From Bacteroidales bacterium (lineage in GTDB: Bacteria; Bacteroidota; Bacteroidia; Bacteroidales; VadinHA17), in assembly GCA_049975425.1 (NCBI GenBank), contig JBNGDI010000003.1, positions 14,162-78,161 of the forward strand: a stretch of 64,000 nt of DNA. Direction: 5' to 3'. Numbering within the stretch: position 1 is the first letter of the stretch; each line of letters begins with the position of its first letter. The position numbers and the translations under genes are program-made. Under the pieces are notes generated by a model, which ran no database searches, had not been told where the DNA came from, and saw only the letters and a list, made by a program, of their open reading frames with translations. Below, piece by piece: positions 63,073 through 64,000 of the stretch.

Positions 63073-64000
63073 ATGAGATATAAAGGTGATACCCATTCTG
63101 TAGCTATCAGTTTAAAATCAAAAAAAATACTCAGGCAGATCCTGAAGGAAAATCCCGGGCTGGAGAAGATACTCAGAGAATCGGAAAGCCCGTCTGAAGT
63201 GAATACAAGGATCAGGGAATGGGTCATGAACTGGATGGAAAATCACCCGGCAGCGATGAAATTTTATGGCGGAAGGGAAAATCCACGAAGTATATTCGAA
63301 GAACTGCAATGGGATGAGATTGCCGCCATCAGGATACTGGATTATATTGATCATGCAGGAACGGTCATTCCCGACCTGAACCAGCATGGAAAGGAGATTG
63401 AAAATGACCCCTTCCGTCTGATGATGCTGGCCTACCGGAAAGGAACAGGAGGAGCGAAACCGGCCTTTTTCCTTGACATGCTCCATCTGTTCAGACAGTT
63501 CAACGGGGAAAAGGCAAGGGAAATACCCCACAGGGAAAAAGTAAAGGAATGGATGGAACGTTATCCCTCGGGACTTGATCCTGAGATCATCAAACTTCGT
63601 GAACAGAACAGGGACCGTATTCTGAACATCATCATCGACCGGATGGAAAAAGGACTGGTATCAGACCATAAGTATGTTTTCCCTCCGAATATCAACAGGC
63701 GCGAGAAGCTGAACATTGCCAGGAAGTGGTGGAACGAACGACTTTTCCATCTTAGATTTGCCGTACGTTCTCCCCGGTTGCTGCAGGAAATGCTCGGCGG
63801 GATCCTGGACCCCGAAACCATGGAAATACTTGAAAAAGCACGCGAGGCAGGTATTCCCACCTTTGTGAATCCCTATTACCTTTCCCTGTTGCTGGTGAAC
63901 GAGCCTTTCAAATACCAGGGCATTGACCAGGCGATCCGCGATTATGTGATATACAGCCGGGAACTGGTGGATGAATTTGGTGAAATCGTGGCATGGGAAA
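63073..64000 (+). CDS. KamA-family (lysine/glutamate 2,3-aminomutase-like) radical SAM protein, long N-terminal form; 3' end beyond the right window edge
   Basis: Not in the ORF track because it has no stop in the window. Manual translation from ATG 63073 gives MRYKGDTHSVAISLKSKKILRQILKENPGLEKIL.. and continues open to base 64000. Near the end it reads AREAGIPTFVNPYYLSLLLVNEP..IRDYVIYSRELVDEFGEIVAWE, which matches the conserved pre-radical-SAM region of KamA homologues (..TPYYLSLI..). The antisense ORFs 63118..63531 and 63561..63860 were rejected. Confidence 0.65.
   Translation, partial: MRYKGDTHSVAISLKSKKILRQILKENPGLEKILRESESPSEVNTRIREWVMNWMENHPAAMKFYGGRENPRSIFEELQWDEIAAIRILDYIDHAGTVIPDLNQHGKEIENDPFRLMMLAYRKGTGGAKPAFFLDMLHLFRQFNGEKAREIPHREKVKEWMERYPSGLDPEIIKLREQNRDRILNIIIDRMEKGLVSDHKYVFPPNINRREKLNIARKWWNERLFHLRFAVRSPRLLQEMLGGILDPETMEILEKAREAGIPTFVNPYYLSLLLVNEPFKYQGIDQAIRDYVIYSRELVDEFGEIVAWE

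Noticed and set aside
1-64000. Looked for rRNA, tRNA, CRISPR repeats, transposase/integrase genes, phage or toxin-antitoxin/defence modules
   Set aside because: None was recognised by eye. The intergenic spacers are short, except 27827-28062, 44972-45454, 16297-16588 and 61961-62205. None of these shows cloverleaf-like tRNA features or spaced direct repeats. A tRNAscan/Infernal/CRISPR finder run would be needed for certainty.

Overview
This is a 64-kb, gene-dense chromosomal window. Its protein-family content points to an anaerobic member of the Bacteroidota; the taxon is an inference. The families are DUF4252, DUF1573, DUF5606, long-form NusB, a FeoA-FeoB fusion, a CarboxypepD_reg-type TonB-dependent receptor, T9SS-like Ig modules and TAnnTTTG promoter-like motifs. 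I call 57 protein-coding genes, two of them truncated by the window edges. I saw no rRNA, tRNA, CRISPR array, transposase or integrase. Left to right the window holds: a secreted glycoside-hydrolase-like protein; a Tat-exported DmsABC-type molybdoenzyme; a LysM protein; a NuoE/NuoF/(2Fe2S-GltD-NuoG fusion) flavin-FeS operon (Bfu/Stn-like) ending in a ferritin-like gene; a housekeeping block (purC, phoH, mazG, pepF, coaE, yajC, nusB and neighbours); a metal-uptake island (feoAB, two Cys-rich small proteins, TonB receptor, exported HMA protein, PepSY-TM protein); a LiaF-like / LytS-type kinase / LytTR regulator module; an AmmeMemoRadiSam locus; an M28 peptidase, CaCA antiporter, PflX-like radical SAM and Dus; a 12-kb single-strand block; an SH3-like secreted protein; and the 5' part of a KamA-family radical SAM gene. 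The best candidates for undescribed biology are four. (1) The AmmeMemoRadiSam locus has an embedded polytopic spermidine-synthase-like membrane protein and export signals on both soluble partners. (2) The 12-kb block joins liu-type leucine catabolism directly to IDI-2, class II HMG-CoA reductase, the lower mevalonate pathway and a UbiA prenyltransferase, with HMG-CoA reductase where HMG-CoA lyase is expected. (3) The Bfu-type three-gene flavin/FeS complex has a GltD module inserted into its NuoG-like subunit. (4) A perfect 36-bp triple-CTACGTAG palindrome lies in a divergent promoter region. All family assignments are by eye from motifs; no database search was run.
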